A DNA stretch of 64,000 nt from Alphaproteobacteria bacterium. GTDB lineage: Bacteria; Pseudomonadota; Alphaproteobacteria; CAAHEQ01; UBA3637. Every line of letters starts with the position of its first letter. Positions within the stretch are counted from its first letter, which is position 1. The DNA lies in the NCBI GenBank assembly GCA_017960645.1, contig JAGCYU010000017.1, positions 7,721-71,720 of the forward strand, read 5' to 3'. Below are positions 9,792 through 19,684 of this stretch, in pieces. The position numbers and the translations under genes are program-made. The notes beneath the pieces are model-generated. The model had not been told where the DNA came from and did no database searches. It saw only the letters and a list, made by a program, of their open reading frames with translations.

Positions 9792-12034
9792 CCTTCACCT
9801 CCGGCGTTAGGGGCTAAAATTTCGCGCTTACCCGCAACGTTAGGTGCCGAAATAATGCCTTCTGCTTCCATGCGATCAATTAAATCTGCTGCTTTGTTAT
9901 AACCGATAGACAGGCGGCGTTGAATATAGCTGGTCGTTGGTTTTTTATCACGTAAAACAATAGCAACGGCTTGGTCATATAAACTGTTGCCATCCCCACT
10001 GCCTGCATTGCCAAAACTGCCCCCGGAACCAGAGGCCATGGCTTCGGATTCTGCTACAACAGCATCCACATATTCCGGCTTGCCTTGGTGTACCCAGTGG
10101 TTAACAACTGCTGCTACATCTTCATCAGATACAAAAGGTCCGTGAACACGGGTTGGACGTAATCCCGCAGGCATATACAACATATCGCCTTTACCCAGTA
10201 ATTGTTCTGCACCTTGTTCGTCCAAAATAGTGCGGCTGTCAATTTTATTACGCACTTGGAACGAAATACGTGTTGGGAAGTTAGAACGAATTGTTCCCGT
10301 GATGACGTCTACAGAAGGCCTTTGCGTTGCCAAGACCAAGTGAATACCGACAGCGCGCGCCATTTGCGCCAAACGTTGAATGAGAGGATCTGCTTCCTTG
10401 CCGCATTGACCCATTAAATCCGCCATTTCATCGATGATAAAGATAATATACGGCAGTGGTGTTAAATCAAAGGGTTGTTCTTCCATAATCGGTTGACCTG
10501 TAGCTGCATCAAAACCCGTTTGAACGCGGCGTTTTAATTCAATACCATCTTCGCGCGCTTGCTTTAGTTTTTCATTAAAGCCCGAGATGTTACGTACACC
10601 CAACTGGCTGAGCGAACGATAGCGATCTTCCATTTCGTGTACAGCCCATTTTAGCGCCATTAAGGCTTTGCTCGGTTCGGTTACAACCGGTGTCAGCAAG
10701 TGAGGAATGCCATTATAAACAGATAATTCCACCATTTTTGGATCAACCAAAATCAATCGACATTGTTCTGGTGTAAAACGATACAGAAGTGATAAAATCA
10801 TGGTATTGATACCAACAGATTTTCCGGATCCAGTAGTTCCTGCTACCAATAAATGTGGCATTTTGGCTAAATCTGCAAAAACGGCTTTTCCCCCAATATC
10901 TTTGCCCAAAATGATTGGTAAGGCGCCTACGTGTTCTTGGAACGAAGGTAATTCCACCATTTCGCGAATAAAGACAGTTTCGCGCTTTGGATTAGGCATT
11001 TCAATACCGATCACATTAGATCCTGGTACTACTGCCATACGTACGGATACAACGCACATTTCACGCGCAACGTCTTCAGCCAAAGAAATAACCCGAGAAA
11101 TTTTGACACCAGAAGCCGGTTCAAATGCATACAGCGTGACAACAGGGCCTGGGCTGGCATTCACGACTTTTCCTTGAACACCAAACTGAGCAAGGACACT
11201 TTCTAATTTTTGTGAAATTTGTGCCATCATATCCTTACTGAAAGCGGCTCCTGTTCCTGTTTTAATAGGCGCTAATAAGGTACTGGATGGTAATTCATAG
11301 GTGTTATGTTCTGTATCAGTTGGGGCGTCATTTTGTGGAATAGTGGCGGCCTTGGACTTTTTACTTTTTTTGATTTTAACCTTTGGCACAGATCTGGTGA
11401 TTTTTTTAATTTGTGACTGTACATGTAGGTTTTGCAAACGTTGCTTGATTTTTGTGCCCAGCTTGCTTGGTAACCTGTTGGCAAGCCATAGTAACATTGC
11501 TCCTGTTAAAGTTAAACCTTTAACGGCTGGTAGTTTAAATGAGAAAATAAATGCCAATAAAACCAGTCCCCAGGTCAGTACAAGCAAAAGTCCTGTTGGG
11601 GTAGTAATCCATGCATATAAGTAGCGTCCAACAAAACCGCCAAGTCCAGCCTTTGTCCATTCAGAGATGCCGTTATTGTCCAACTTTACCCCAGAACCAG
11701 CGAGTAACCAGCAAGCAGCTAAACACGTAGGGATAAGAAGATACATACGCACACGAACATGTGAAGTTTCTTTAAGACAAAAGATACCTAAAATCAAACA
11801 AGCCAAAGGTATAATGTATGCAATATACCCAAATAATTGTAATAAAGCATCTGCTATCCAAGCACCGATACATCCCAGCCAGTTTTGTGTTGGCAAAGAA
11901 GACGCTGTGTTCCACGCACTATCGGTCGGCGTATACGAAATCAAACTTAAAAACAGCACAAGCGCACATAAAAACAATAGACACGCTTTTATCCAATGAC
12001 GATATGGATTGTTATTTGCTTTTCTTTTCATCAT
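9788..12034 (-). CDS. ftsK: DNA translocase FtsK
   Basis: N-terminal TM helices, basic linker, motor domain with Walker A LLVAGTTGSGKSVGIN and Walker B IIFIIDEMADL, and a gamma winged helix (SYIQRRLSIGYNKAADLI). The ATG at 12034 overlaps the hdaA stop (ATGA). Confidence 0.95.
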   Translation of the reverse strand: MMKRKANNNPYRHWIKACLLFLCALVLFLSLISYTPTDSAWNTASSLPTQNWLGCIGAWIADALLQLFGYIAYIIPLACLILGIFCLKETSHVRVRMYLLIPTCLAACWLLAGSGVKLDNNGISEWTKAGLGGFVGRYLYAWITTPTGLLLVLTWGLVLLAFIFSFKLPAVKGLTLTGAMLLWLANRLPSKLGTKIKQRLQNLHVQSQIKKITRSVPKVKIKKSKKSKAATIPQNDAPTDTEHNTYELPSSTLLAPIKTGTGAAFSKDMMAQISQKLESVLAQFGVQGKVVNASPGPVVTLYAFEPASGVKISRVISLAEDVAREMCVVSVRMAVVPGSNVIGIEMPNPKRETVFIREMVELPSFQEHVGALPIILGKDIGGKAVFADLAKMPHLLVAGTTGSGKSVGINTMILSLLYRFTPEQCRLILVDPKMVELSVYNGIPHLLTPVVTEPSKALMALKWAVHEMEDRYRSLSQLGVRNISGFNEKLKQAREDGIELKRRVQTGFDAATGQPIMEEQPFDLTPLPYIIFIIDEMADLMGQCGKEADPLIQRLAQMARAVGIHLVLATQRPSVDVITGTIRSNFPTRISFQVRNKIDSRTILDEQGAEQLLGKGDMLYMPAGLRPTRVHGPFVSDEDVAAVVNHWVHQGKPEYVDAVVAESEAMASGSGGSFGNAGSGDGNSLYDQAVAIVLRDKKPTTSYIQRRLSIGYNKAADLIDRMEAEGIISAPNVAGKREILAPNAGGEG

Positions 12035-12672
12035 TGCATCCTTTCCCAATATTCAATAACTTCTCGGATTAATGGAATGGTTATGCGGCGTCCCTTTTGT
12101 AAGGCAAGGGAATCCGCTAAATTCAATATTTTTTGTATTGTTGCAAAGGAGCGCGGTAAATGGGTGGCAATATAACTGAATACACTCGCATCCACCAAAA
12201 TCTGTTTATCCTCAAAAACTTTTGCACAAATAGCTTCAATTGTTTTTTCATCTGGCATTTTAATTTCTGCCTTGGGAATCATTGCAATTCTGGAACGTAA
12301 ATCAGGTAACGTGAACACAGGTAATGTCCGTGCCGTCATTAACAACCCTTTTTTTTGCTCTTGAACAGAATTAAACAGATGAAATAAGGCAACTTCATTG
12401 TTTAAATGATCCACATTTTCAATCACGATTTTATCATCCGTTGGTAAAGAATCTTCTTTTAATTCTGAAGCATCCAAATGGATATTTGAAAAAATACTGG
12501 CCAGATGAGATTTCCCAGAACCTTGTTCCCCATAGATTAAGACAGCGTGCATTGGCCAATCAGGATATTTATCTATCCAAGCAATAGCTTCTTGATTGCA
12601 TGGAGCTACCCAAAAATCGGATCTGCCGCATGCATGACGCGCTGTTAAATCGAAAGCTAATTGCTCGGTCAT
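12031..12672 (-). CDS. hdaA: DnaA-related regulatory inactivator HdaA
   Basis: About 210 aa AAA+ protein with Walker A IYGEQGSGKSHL and the N-terminal Q-L-x-F-D-L pattern typical of Hda. Confidence 0.75.
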   Translation of the reverse strand: MTEQLAFDLTARHACGRSDFWVAPCNQEAIAWIDKYPDWPMHAVLIYGEQGSGKSHLASIFSNIHLDASELKEDSLPTDDKIVIENVDHLNNEVALFHLFNSVQEQKKGLLMTARTLPVFTLPDLRSRIAMIPKAEIKMPDEKTIEAICAKVFEDKQILVDASVFSYIATHLPRSFATIQKILNLADSLALQKGRRITIPLIREVIEYWERMQ

Positions 12673-13712
12673 TTATCTCCTTTATAAAAATTCGTTGTGT
12701 GATACCATGCCAATAAATGTTTAATCAACACCCCACATACTGCAGCAACAGGAACTGCCAAAAGTACACCCAAGAAGCCTGCAATCATACCGCCTGCCAG
12801 TAAGACAAAAATGATCCAGACGGGGTGTAATCCAACTCTTTTTCCCACAAAATATGGGGTTAGGATGTAACCTTCCAAAATCTGGCCGATGGCAAAAACA
12901 CCTAATAACCACAACCACATGCTGCCTGTAGCGCCTTGTGTTAAGGCTAAAAGAGCTGTTAATAACACGCCAATACAAAAACCAACATAAGGAATAAAAG
13001 CAAAAATACCGGTTAATAATCCAACTAATACTCCCAGATCTAATCCAACCAAAGAAAGGGCTGTTGCATAGTATATTGCTAACACCAAACAGACCGTTGC
13101 TTGACCGCGAATAAAACCAGCTAATGTGGTGTTAATTTCTCGCATTAAGGATTCAGACTTTGCTTGTTTATTCATGGGGATAATCTCCTTTACTTGTTGT
13201 TTAATTTTTTGCCAGTCTCGTAAAACATAGAACAATACCACAGGGGTGATGAGTAATAATGACAAAACGCTAAAGACGGCAACACCACCAGAAATAATTT
13301 TGCTTAAACTGTTGCCAATCCCGTTGAAAATGTTTAAGACCATTTGTGAAACAGAGTCTGATAGTTGGTACATTTGCGCTTCTGTTATATTTGTGCGGCC
13401 GTACATCAGGATACCTTTAATTTTACCCCAAATAATTTGCACAAAATTTGGAATTTTTAATACAAAGTCTAATAACTGAGCCTGTAAGATAGGGACTAAG
13501 AGTAATAAAATACAAACAACAACAAATAAAACTGCGATAACAACGCAACTGGTTGCCAAAGAACGTGGTAATTTTTTGCTTAATTGCGTCACAATCGGAT
13601 TAAGTGCATAGGCTAGCACAAAAGCCAAAACAAACGGCAACAAAATGACATGTATTTGAAATATAAACCATGCAGCACAGCCAATGCCAGCCCAAAGAAT
13701 CCATTTATTCAT
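12669..13712 (-). CDS. AI-2E family transporter (PerM/YhhT-like permease)
   Basis: 347 aa polytopic membrane protein with the family-typical C-terminal stretch GQILEGYILTPYFVGKRVGLHPVWIIF. Confidence 0.75.
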   Translation of the reverse strand: MNKWILWAGIGCAAWFIFQIHVILLPFVLAFVLAYALNPIVTQLSKKLPRSLATSCVVIAVLFVVVCILLLLVPILQAQLLDFVLKIPNFVQIIWGKIKGILMYGRTNITEAQMYQLSDSVSQMVLNIFNGIGNSLSKIISGGVAVFSVLSLLLITPVVLFYVLRDWQKIKQQVKEIIPMNKQAKSESLMREINTTLAGFIRGQATVCLVLAIYYATALSLVGLDLGVLVGLLTGIFAFIPYVGFCIGVLLTALLALTQGATGSMWLWLLGVFAIGQILEGYILTPYFVGKRVGLHPVWIIFVLLAGGMIAGFLGVLLAVPVAAVCGVLIKHLLAWYHTTNFYKGDK

Positions 13713-14787
13713 TGGCTTCTCCTTTTGTTAAGCTAGCCCCCGGTCCAGTGAAGTCTGGTTTCAGTTGCCAACCACGCGATAAAAATTGTTGCTTCAATTC
13801 TTCAATACTTTGTTCAAAAGACAGTTCTACCAACATCTGTGGTAAATAAGCTCCGCGAACAACAGTTTTCTTTACAAATTGCCATGTGCCCATTTCTTTT
13901 TCCAAGTTTTGCCATTCGTATAAAGAAGAAACCGGAATCCGCGCAAAGATTGTTTGTTCTCCATCAAACTTAGCCATATGTTCCTTGCGCCAGTTTGCGG
14001 CCATCATGTCAAAAATAACCTGGGGCATTTGAATACAGGCATCAGCCAAAGACGTGTTGCCTAACCGAAAACGTTTGAAAACTGCTTGAGGGGCCATATC
14101 TTGTTCAGGCCATATACTGCTGTCCACAAGTACAGATTTTTCCAAAGGTTCTGTGCGCATTCTGAGGATCATAATGCGGTCTTTTTGATAAGTTGCAAGC
14201 AAAGGTTCCAATAAAGATAAATCTTGTGTTGTAGTTAAGGCCTGTTCTGTTAATGCAATTTCAGTGGCATCACCCATCGGAACAGCAGCGCGATAAAATG
14301 GTGCAAAATTACCTTGCTGTTTAAGTGCTTGATACAAAGGATTCTTATCATCCAAAATGTATTGTCTATTGCCATCTTGATATACTGGAATAACCAATAA
14401 ACTTGGTGGTTCTGCCCCCAGATAAGGGACATTGTGTTCTTTAAATAAATTGGTTATTTGCGTTGGGTTAAAACGCACTGTAATATGGCCCGTATATCTG
14501 GTCGCTGTTAATTTTTCATCCTCAATAGAAACATCTTGTACAAATTGTGTGACCGAGTCACTGGTTTGTGTCGGTAGGCGTGTTAGAGCATTCTCCCCTG
14601 CCAGCTGTGTCACCAACAAATTAAAGGCTTCCGCTTGGCCTTCTGATAAAGCAACATCTTTTGCCATCAGTGCACTTTCCTGTTCGGCAGCGACAGGAAC
14701 ACCCGTAATTGTGTATAAATGCGCGCTGGCGACAGTTGATAACATGACACAAAATAGAAAACATATTTTTTTTAACACTTTGAACAC
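13705..14787 (-). CDS. Secreted hypothetical protein (possibly DUF2066-like)
   Basis: Signal peptide ...LSTVASA followed by HLYTITGVPVAAEQESALMAKDVAL. The family assignment is by recollection only. Confidence 0.45.
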   Translation of the reverse strand: MFKVLKKICFLFCVMLSTVASAHLYTITGVPVAAEQESALMAKDVALSEGQAEAFNLLVTQLAGENALTRLPTQTSDSVTQFVQDVSIEDEKLTATRYTGHITVRFNPTQITNLFKEHNVPYLGAEPPSLLVIPVYQDGNRQYILDDKNPLYQALKQQGNFAPFYRAAVPMGDATEIALTEQALTTTQDLSLLEPLLATYQKDRIMILRMRTEPLEKSVLVDSSIWPEQDMAPQAVFKRFRLGNTSLADACIQMPQVIFDMMAANWRKEHMAKFDGEQTIFARIPVSSLYEWQNLEKEMGTWQFVKKTVVRGAYLPQMLVELSFEQSIEELKQQFLSRGWQLKPDFTGPGASLTKGEANE

Positions 14788-14872
14788 CCTTTTCCTTGAT
14801 TTCTAATTCAATAAGTGATATCCTAGCAAAAGATATTAAAAAGAGCAAGTAAAAAGAAAGGAAATTTTGAAA

Positions 14873-15226
14873 ATGTCATATGATGTTAATAATGTTTTTG
14901 CCAAAATTTTACGAAAAGAAATTCCTTGTAAGTCCATTTATGAGGATGACCGCGTTTTATCTTTTTATGATATCAACCCTAAGGCTAAAATTCATGCCTT
15001 AGTTGTTGTGAAGGGGGCTTATCAAGATTTTTCGGATTTTACAACACATGCTACCCCGGAGGAAATGCAAGGTTTTTTGCATGGAATTTTAGCCACAGTA
15101 GAGGCTTTAAATCTAACTCAAGATGGATATCGGTTAGTATTAAACACAGGTAAGAATTCGGGTCAAGAGGTTCCTCATTTGCATGCCCACATTTTGGGTG
15201 GAGAACCATTGAGCACTAATTTATAG
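14873..15226 (+). CDS. HIT-family (histidine triad) nucleotide hydrolase
   Basis: Histidine triad VPHLHAHILGG near the C-terminus. ATG at 14873 with a purine-rich RBS. Confidence 0.85.
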   Translation: MSYDVNNVFAKILRKEIPCKSIYEDDRVLSFYDINPKAKIHALVVVKGAYQDFSDFTTHATPEEMQGFLHGILATVEALNLTQDGYRLVLNTGKNSGQEVPHLHAHILGGEPLSTNL

Positions 15227-16105
15227 CTCCACTATTTCATAAGCGGACGGATCGGTAAATATCAATTGTAGCAATTGATTGTTATGAAAGTGTCCCGATT
15301 TAATGCCTGTGAATGTGCCTATGATTGGCATGCCAGCTTGATATAAATCGCCGATGGCATCCAAAACTTTATGGGCCACAAATTCATTTTTAAGGCGCAA
15401 TCCTTCGGGATTTAAAACTGTATCACCTTCGACAGCAACGGCGTTTTCTAAAGATGCTCCTTGTGCCAGCCCCATGTTCCTTAGCTGAGCAACTTCTGCG
15501 GCAAAGCCAAATGTACGAGCAGGGGCCACCATCTGTTTGAAATTTTGTTCATTTAACACAATAGACACGGTTTCATGTCCGATCGCTTTACTTTGAGGAA
15601 AATCAATTTCAAAATTTAATGTCAAATTATGATTAGCAGGTTCCAGTGAAGTTGTAGCCCCTTTATTATCATCAAACACAACTTTTTTTAAGATTTTTAA
15701 TGCCTTTACAGGTGCGTCTTGAACTTGAATTCCTGCACATTCCAGTAAAGTCATAAAATCGTTTGCTGAACCATCCATTATAGGCATTTCTGGCCCGTTA
15801 ACTTCGGCAATTAAATTTGTAATGCCCAAACCTGCCAAAGCCCCCATAAAGTGTTCAACGGTGGAAAGAATAACCCCTTCTTTATTTCCCAAACAAGTAT
15901 TGAGGCGCGTATCTACTACACAATCCCAACGGGCGGGTAAAGCATTATTTTTATCAACAACATCAATACGTCGAAAGATAACTCCTGTATTAATGGCCGC
16001 AGGATATAAAGTCATTTGAATGGGTTTGCCCGAATGTAATCCTATGCCTGTGCATGGAATAGCATTTTGTATGGTTTTTTGCATGATGTGTTGAGTCGTT
16101 GTCAT
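15221..16105 (-). CDS. lpxC: UDP-3-O-acyl-N-acetylglucosamine deacetylase
   Basis: MTTTQHIMQKTIQNAIPCTGIGLHSGKPIQMTLYPA.., HFMGALAGLGI and HKVLDAIGDLY are LpxC-type motifs. The internal ATG at 16105 is preferred over the longer ORF. Confidence 0.9.
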   Translation of the reverse strand: MTTTQHIMQKTIQNAIPCTGIGLHSGKPIQMTLYPAAINTGVIFRRIDVVDKNNALPARWDCVVDTRLNTCLGNKEGVILSTVEHFMGALAGLGITNLIAEVNGPEMPIMDGSANDFMTLLECAGIQVQDAPVKALKILKKVVFDDNKGATTSLEPANHNLTLNFEIDFPQSKAIGHETVSIVLNEQNFKQMVAPARTFGFAAEVAQLRNMGLAQGASLENAVAVEGDTVLNPEGLRLKNEFVAHKVLDAIGDLYQAGMPIIGTFTGIKSGHFHNNQLLQLIFTDPSAYEIVEL

Positions 16106-16223
16106 TTCATTCTCCTTGGGTATAAAGTTTATTATACTTTTTCTGTTTAATAAAATCAAGTTTTATGTTTCACATGCGAAAGACCAGCTTGTTTTCAGTT
16201 TTAAGAAATCCATTATAAAGTAC

Positions 16224-17186
16224 ATGCAAAATAGTTGTTTTTTACAGAAAGTAGTTGTCATTGGACCAAGGACGAATATCGGACAATGTGTTGTGGGGCA
16301 GTTAGCTCGGCATAATGTACCTGTAACGAAAATTTGCCCATTAGATATACATCAAGAAGCTGGAAAAATTATTTATTATGATAACCATCGATTGTTAACG
16401 CAAGCATTGGATGCTTTTGATTTCAAAGCACAGCACATTATTTTTGTGTGTGATAAAAAAATGATACCACTATTGCAGCGTCATAAACAAAATCGCTATA
16501 ATTGGTGGATAGATTGTACCCATTCTGTGGCTGAAGCCGTCTGTGTGATTCCTGAAATCAATGGCAAAAGGTTGCAATTACATCCAAAATGGATATGCAA
16601 TCCTTGTTCCAATGTTATTTCTTTAACACATATTTTAAATCCGATTTTACGTACTTGTCAGGTTCAATCTATTCAACTGGTTTTATTGATGGGGACAGTA
16701 TTTCAAGGTCAAGAAACAACAGATATTATGATGCGACAAATAAGACATTGTTTGACACAGGCCCCATTGCGTGGACAAAGAATGTTGCCTCAGTTTGCAT
16801 TTAATGTACTCCCTGATTATTTTGAAAATTTCGCTGAAATTATGGTACGTCAATTGCATTGTTTTATGGATTTGCCTATTATGGCTCGAACATGTTTTGT
16901 TCCAGTCGTGCGGGGCAGTTGTGTGCATGTTCAATTAGAACTGACTAAAAATTACGATCTGTCGCGGCTTATGCAAAAATGGGCCATAATGCCTGATGTA
17001 CGTATTTTGCAAGAGGAACAATTTGTTGGTTTAAATGAGCTAATTTCAGAGGAAAAAATTTTTATTTTTAAACCGATTATTCAAAATAAAATCTTATCTT
17101 TTTGGTGTCTGCAAGATGTTATTCAACAAGGGATAGGTACGAATGCGGCCATGCTTGTTCAATATATTCAAAAAATGAAAGCTTGA
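16224..17186 (+). CDS. Aspartate-semialdehyde dehydrogenase-like protein, highly diverged
   Basis: Collinear by eye with Asd: VVVIGPRTNIGQ (NAD fold), VIPEING, ICNPCSNVISL (compare IANPNCST), FAFNVLP. The RVP..GHS catalytic box reads FVPVVRGSC. Confidence 0.55.
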   Translation: MQNSCFLQKVVVIGPRTNIGQCVVGQLARHNVPVTKICPLDIHQEAGKIIYYDNHRLLTQALDAFDFKAQHIIFVCDKKMIPLLQRHKQNRYNWWIDCTHSVAEAVCVIPEINGKRLQLHPKWICNPCSNVISLTHILNPILRTCQVQSIQLVLLMGTVFQGQETTDIMMRQIRHCLTQAPLRGQRMLPQFAFNVLPDYFENFAEIMVRQLHCFMDLPIMARTCFVPVVRGSCVHVQLELTKNYDLSRLMQKWAIMPDVRILQEEQFVGLNELISEEKIFIFKPIIQNKILSFWCLQDVIQQGIGTNAAMLVQYIQKMKA

Positions 17187-17218
17187 CATTTGTAAAAAAA
17201 AATGCATCAATATTTGAC

Positions 17219-18676
17219 ATGAGCATACGAAATAAATTACGTGATATACGGCATCGGTCTCGTATTATACGTTTAAGTACCTATCGCAAGATGGGGGTAG
17301 GGCATTTGCATAAACAAATAGATATTTCTTTGTTGATGCTGGTTTTGATATGCTTGATCAGTTTGCCATTTGCTATCCGATTGCACTATGCAGAAAAAGT
17401 AATTTCAACAGAAGATCCGTTTGTTATAGATGAAATAGAAGGAAGTGAAGATAATATTATTCCTTCTACAGCGATTGAACAAGTACATGAAGATTTAGGG
17501 GATGCCCCTGTTGAAGCCCCACAATATGTTTCCTTGGATGAATTAGAAAAACGAGCACAATTGGGGGAAATTGATGTGACAATGCGCACGATGGAAAAAG
17601 GTGATACTTTGCTGGGGTTGTTAGCTGAACGTAAAGTGCCTGCTGCTCAACGCGTTGAGGTCGTAGAAGCTTTAGAGTTGTTATTGGATTTAAAATCTTT
17701 GCGTCCTGGATTAACGTTTTTGTTCTTTCATGATAAAGATGATAAGTTGTTAGGATTGTCTTTGACGCCTCGTGCCAATGAGACAATTGCCGTGGTTCGA
17801 GAGTTGGACGATTCTTGGACACCAATATCGCATACGGGGCGCGTGGAAACAAAACAAGAGCTTGTTCAGGTAGAGATTGAAAGAACGTTTTCTGGTTCTG
17901 CCAAAAAAGCAGGTCTTCCCTCTGGTGTCATTAATCAAATTATGGGGGCTTTGGATGGAGAAATTGATTTTGCAAGTGACTTTAAAAGTGGGGATACTGT
18001 TGATGTAATTATAGAATCAAAAGTGACGCAAGGCGGTTTGGAAATTGGAAGTAAGCAAGTTTTATATATTGGAGTCAAAGCTGGTAAAAAAGAAATTCAT
18101 CGTTATGCATATAATAATGCTTTTTATGATGCGCGTGGGCGTACGGCTGCCAAGATGTTGCTAAAACGTCCCGTCAAGGCAAAGGCTCGGTTGTCCTCTG
18201 CTTTTGGAAAACGGCGGCACCCTATTTTAGGGTATGAGATTTTTCATAAGGGGGTGGATTTGGCTGTGCCTAAAAACACGCCGGTTGTTGCCGCCGCGGA
18301 TGGAGTGATTGAGCAAATCGGACGCAAAGGTTCATATGGAAAATATATTCGGATTCGTCATGCAGCTGGTTTTGAAACAGCGTATGCTCACTTAAATGGT
18401 TATCGTCAAGATTTAAAGGTAAAATCCAAAGTGAAGCGAGGAGAGGTTATCGGCTATGTTGGAACAACTGGTCGGTCAACAGGGCCACATTTGCATTTTG
18501 AGGTCATTAAAAATGGAAATGTTGTGCATCCTTTTAGAGACAACAAAATAGTCAGTTCGCAATTATCAGGATTTGAATTGGAACAGTTCCAATCTTGGGG
18601 CGAAAGTGTTAACAAAGATTTTAAATTACATCAGGTTGGTAATGTTCCAGCTGTTCCTTCTGCTAAACCATTTTAA
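17219..18676 (+). CDS. M23 (LytM-type) peptidoglycan metalloendopeptidase
   Basis: HKGVDLAVPKNTPVVAAADGVI and GTTGRSTGPHLHFEV motifs, plus an N-terminal TM anchor. The ATG at 17219 avoids overlap with the upstream gene. Confidence 0.85.
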   Translation: MSIRNKLRDIRHRSRIIRLSTYRKMGVGHLHKQIDISLLMLVLICLISLPFAIRLHYAEKVISTEDPFVIDEIEGSEDNIIPSTAIEQVHEDLGDAPVEAPQYVSLDELEKRAQLGEIDVTMRTMEKGDTLLGLLAERKVPAAQRVEVVEALELLLDLKSLRPGLTFLFFHDKDDKLLGLSLTPRANETIAVVRELDDSWTPISHTGRVETKQELVQVEIERTFSGSAKKAGLPSGVINQIMGALDGEIDFASDFKSGDTVDVIIESKVTQGGLEIGSKQVLYIGVKAGKKEIHRYAYNNAFYDARGRTAAKMLLKRPVKAKARLSSAFGKRRHPILGYEIFHKGVDLAVPKNTPVVAAADGVIEQIGRKGSYGKYIRIRHAAGFETAYAHLNGYRQDLKVKSKVKRGEVIGYVGTTGRSTGPHLHFEVIKNGNVVHPFRDNKIVSSQLSGFELEQFQSWGESVNKDFKLHQVGNVPAVPSAKPF

Positions 18677-18684
18677 GAGATGAA

Positions 18685-19683
18685 TTATTCATCTTCTTCA
18701 TCCTCGAAATCATTTTCACTTTCATCAATTACTTCGTCGTTAGTCTGTTCTTGTTGATGATTAGTAGAGAGCAGGCCGGGTTCATTTCTAAATTCTTCAC
18801 CCCATGTATCTATGGCGGAACGAATTTCAGACTCTGCCACCCCAGAGTATAAGTATTCCTTGACTTCTTTGGACAATTGTTCTTTTAATGCGACACAACT
18901 GGTATTGCTGGATAGAACAAAAAACAAACTGCCACCACCTTCTAATACAACAACTTGGGAGGATATGATATCATTTTTTAGCTTAAAACGGCGCAATTCT
19001 GCTTCAATAGCATAGGGTGAACCAATTAAATAATCTGCTTCATCATTAAGCAACATTTCAAATGCTTTCTGGGAAGGAGTCACTTGGCGTAATTTAAGAT
19101 TGGCTAATGTTTTTTTATTTTTAAATAAGCGATATAAATTCTCTTCTCGGCGCATAATACCCCTAAAATTGGCAAGCTCTTCAATCGAATGAAATGGAAT
19201 ACTTTTCCCCTTATGAAAATAAACAGTCACAATATTTGTAAAATAGGCAGGATATACAGGTGTGATTCCATAACCCAATCCCTGGGGTAGATAAGCAGAT
19301 AAAATTAGATCAATTTCTCCGCGTTTTAACGCACCCAAAGTTTCATCATATGATGTAAAACCAACAGATTCATATTTCCATCCCATTTTGTCTGCAATCT
19401 TTTTAAAGACATCAAGGCTGTAACCGTATGTTGTTAAGGCGTCCTTGTCCGTGCGTTCGACCCATGAAAATGGCGGGTTAAAAACAAATCCCGCAACTTT
19501 GATGGGGCGGTTGTAACCACAATCAGTAAGAGGCGCTTCTGGTTCTGGTTCTGGTGTCTCCTCAACAATTTCAACCAACCGGCGGCGTGGTTTTGACGGT
19601 TGTTCTTGAGCATAGGTGACAAACGGGATTGTGACAATGCACAAAATAATCATACAAATCAAATGGATTGTTTCTTTTTTCAT
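18685..19683 (-). CDS. Periplasmic solute-binding protein (family-3-like) with an acidic C-terminal tail
   Basis: Signal peptide. GEIDLILSAYLP and DYLIGSPYAIE resemble SBP_bac_3. Tail is DEVIDESENDFEDEEDE. Only 1 nt separates it from the upstream kinase gene. Confidence 0.5.
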   Translation of the reverse strand: MKKETIHLICMIILCIVTIPFVTYAQEQPSKPRRRLVEIVEETPEPEPEAPLTDCGYNRPIKVAGFVFNPPFSWVERTDKDALTTYGYSLDVFKKIADKMGWKYESVGFTSYDETLGALKRGEIDLILSAYLPQGLGYGITPVYPAYFTNIVTVYFHKGKSIPFHSIEELANFRGIMRREENLYRLFKNKKTLANLKLRQVTPSQKAFEMLLNDEADYLIGSPYAIEAELRRFKLKNDIISSQVVVLEGGGSLFFVLSSNTSCVALKEQLSKEVKEYLYSGVAESEIRSAIDTWGEEFRNEPGLLSTNHQQEQTNDEVIDESENDFEDEEDE

Positions 19684-19684
19684 A

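Noticed and set aside
10202-11999. Multiple 70-125 aa ORFs antisense to or overlapping ftsK, with similar nested ORFs inside groEL, the kinase, portal, T4CP, atpA and atpD
   Set aside because: They lie wholly within well-supported longer genes, have low-complexity or odd composition and lack RBSs. They are typical spurious frames.
16116-16223. Longer upstream starts for the Asd-like ORF (16116) and for the M23 peptidase ORF (17102)
   Set aside because: The extensions overlap the neighbouring genes (the lpxC start and the Asd-like 3' end) and add non-homologous residues. Internal ATGs at 16224 and 17219 fit the homologous N-termini.
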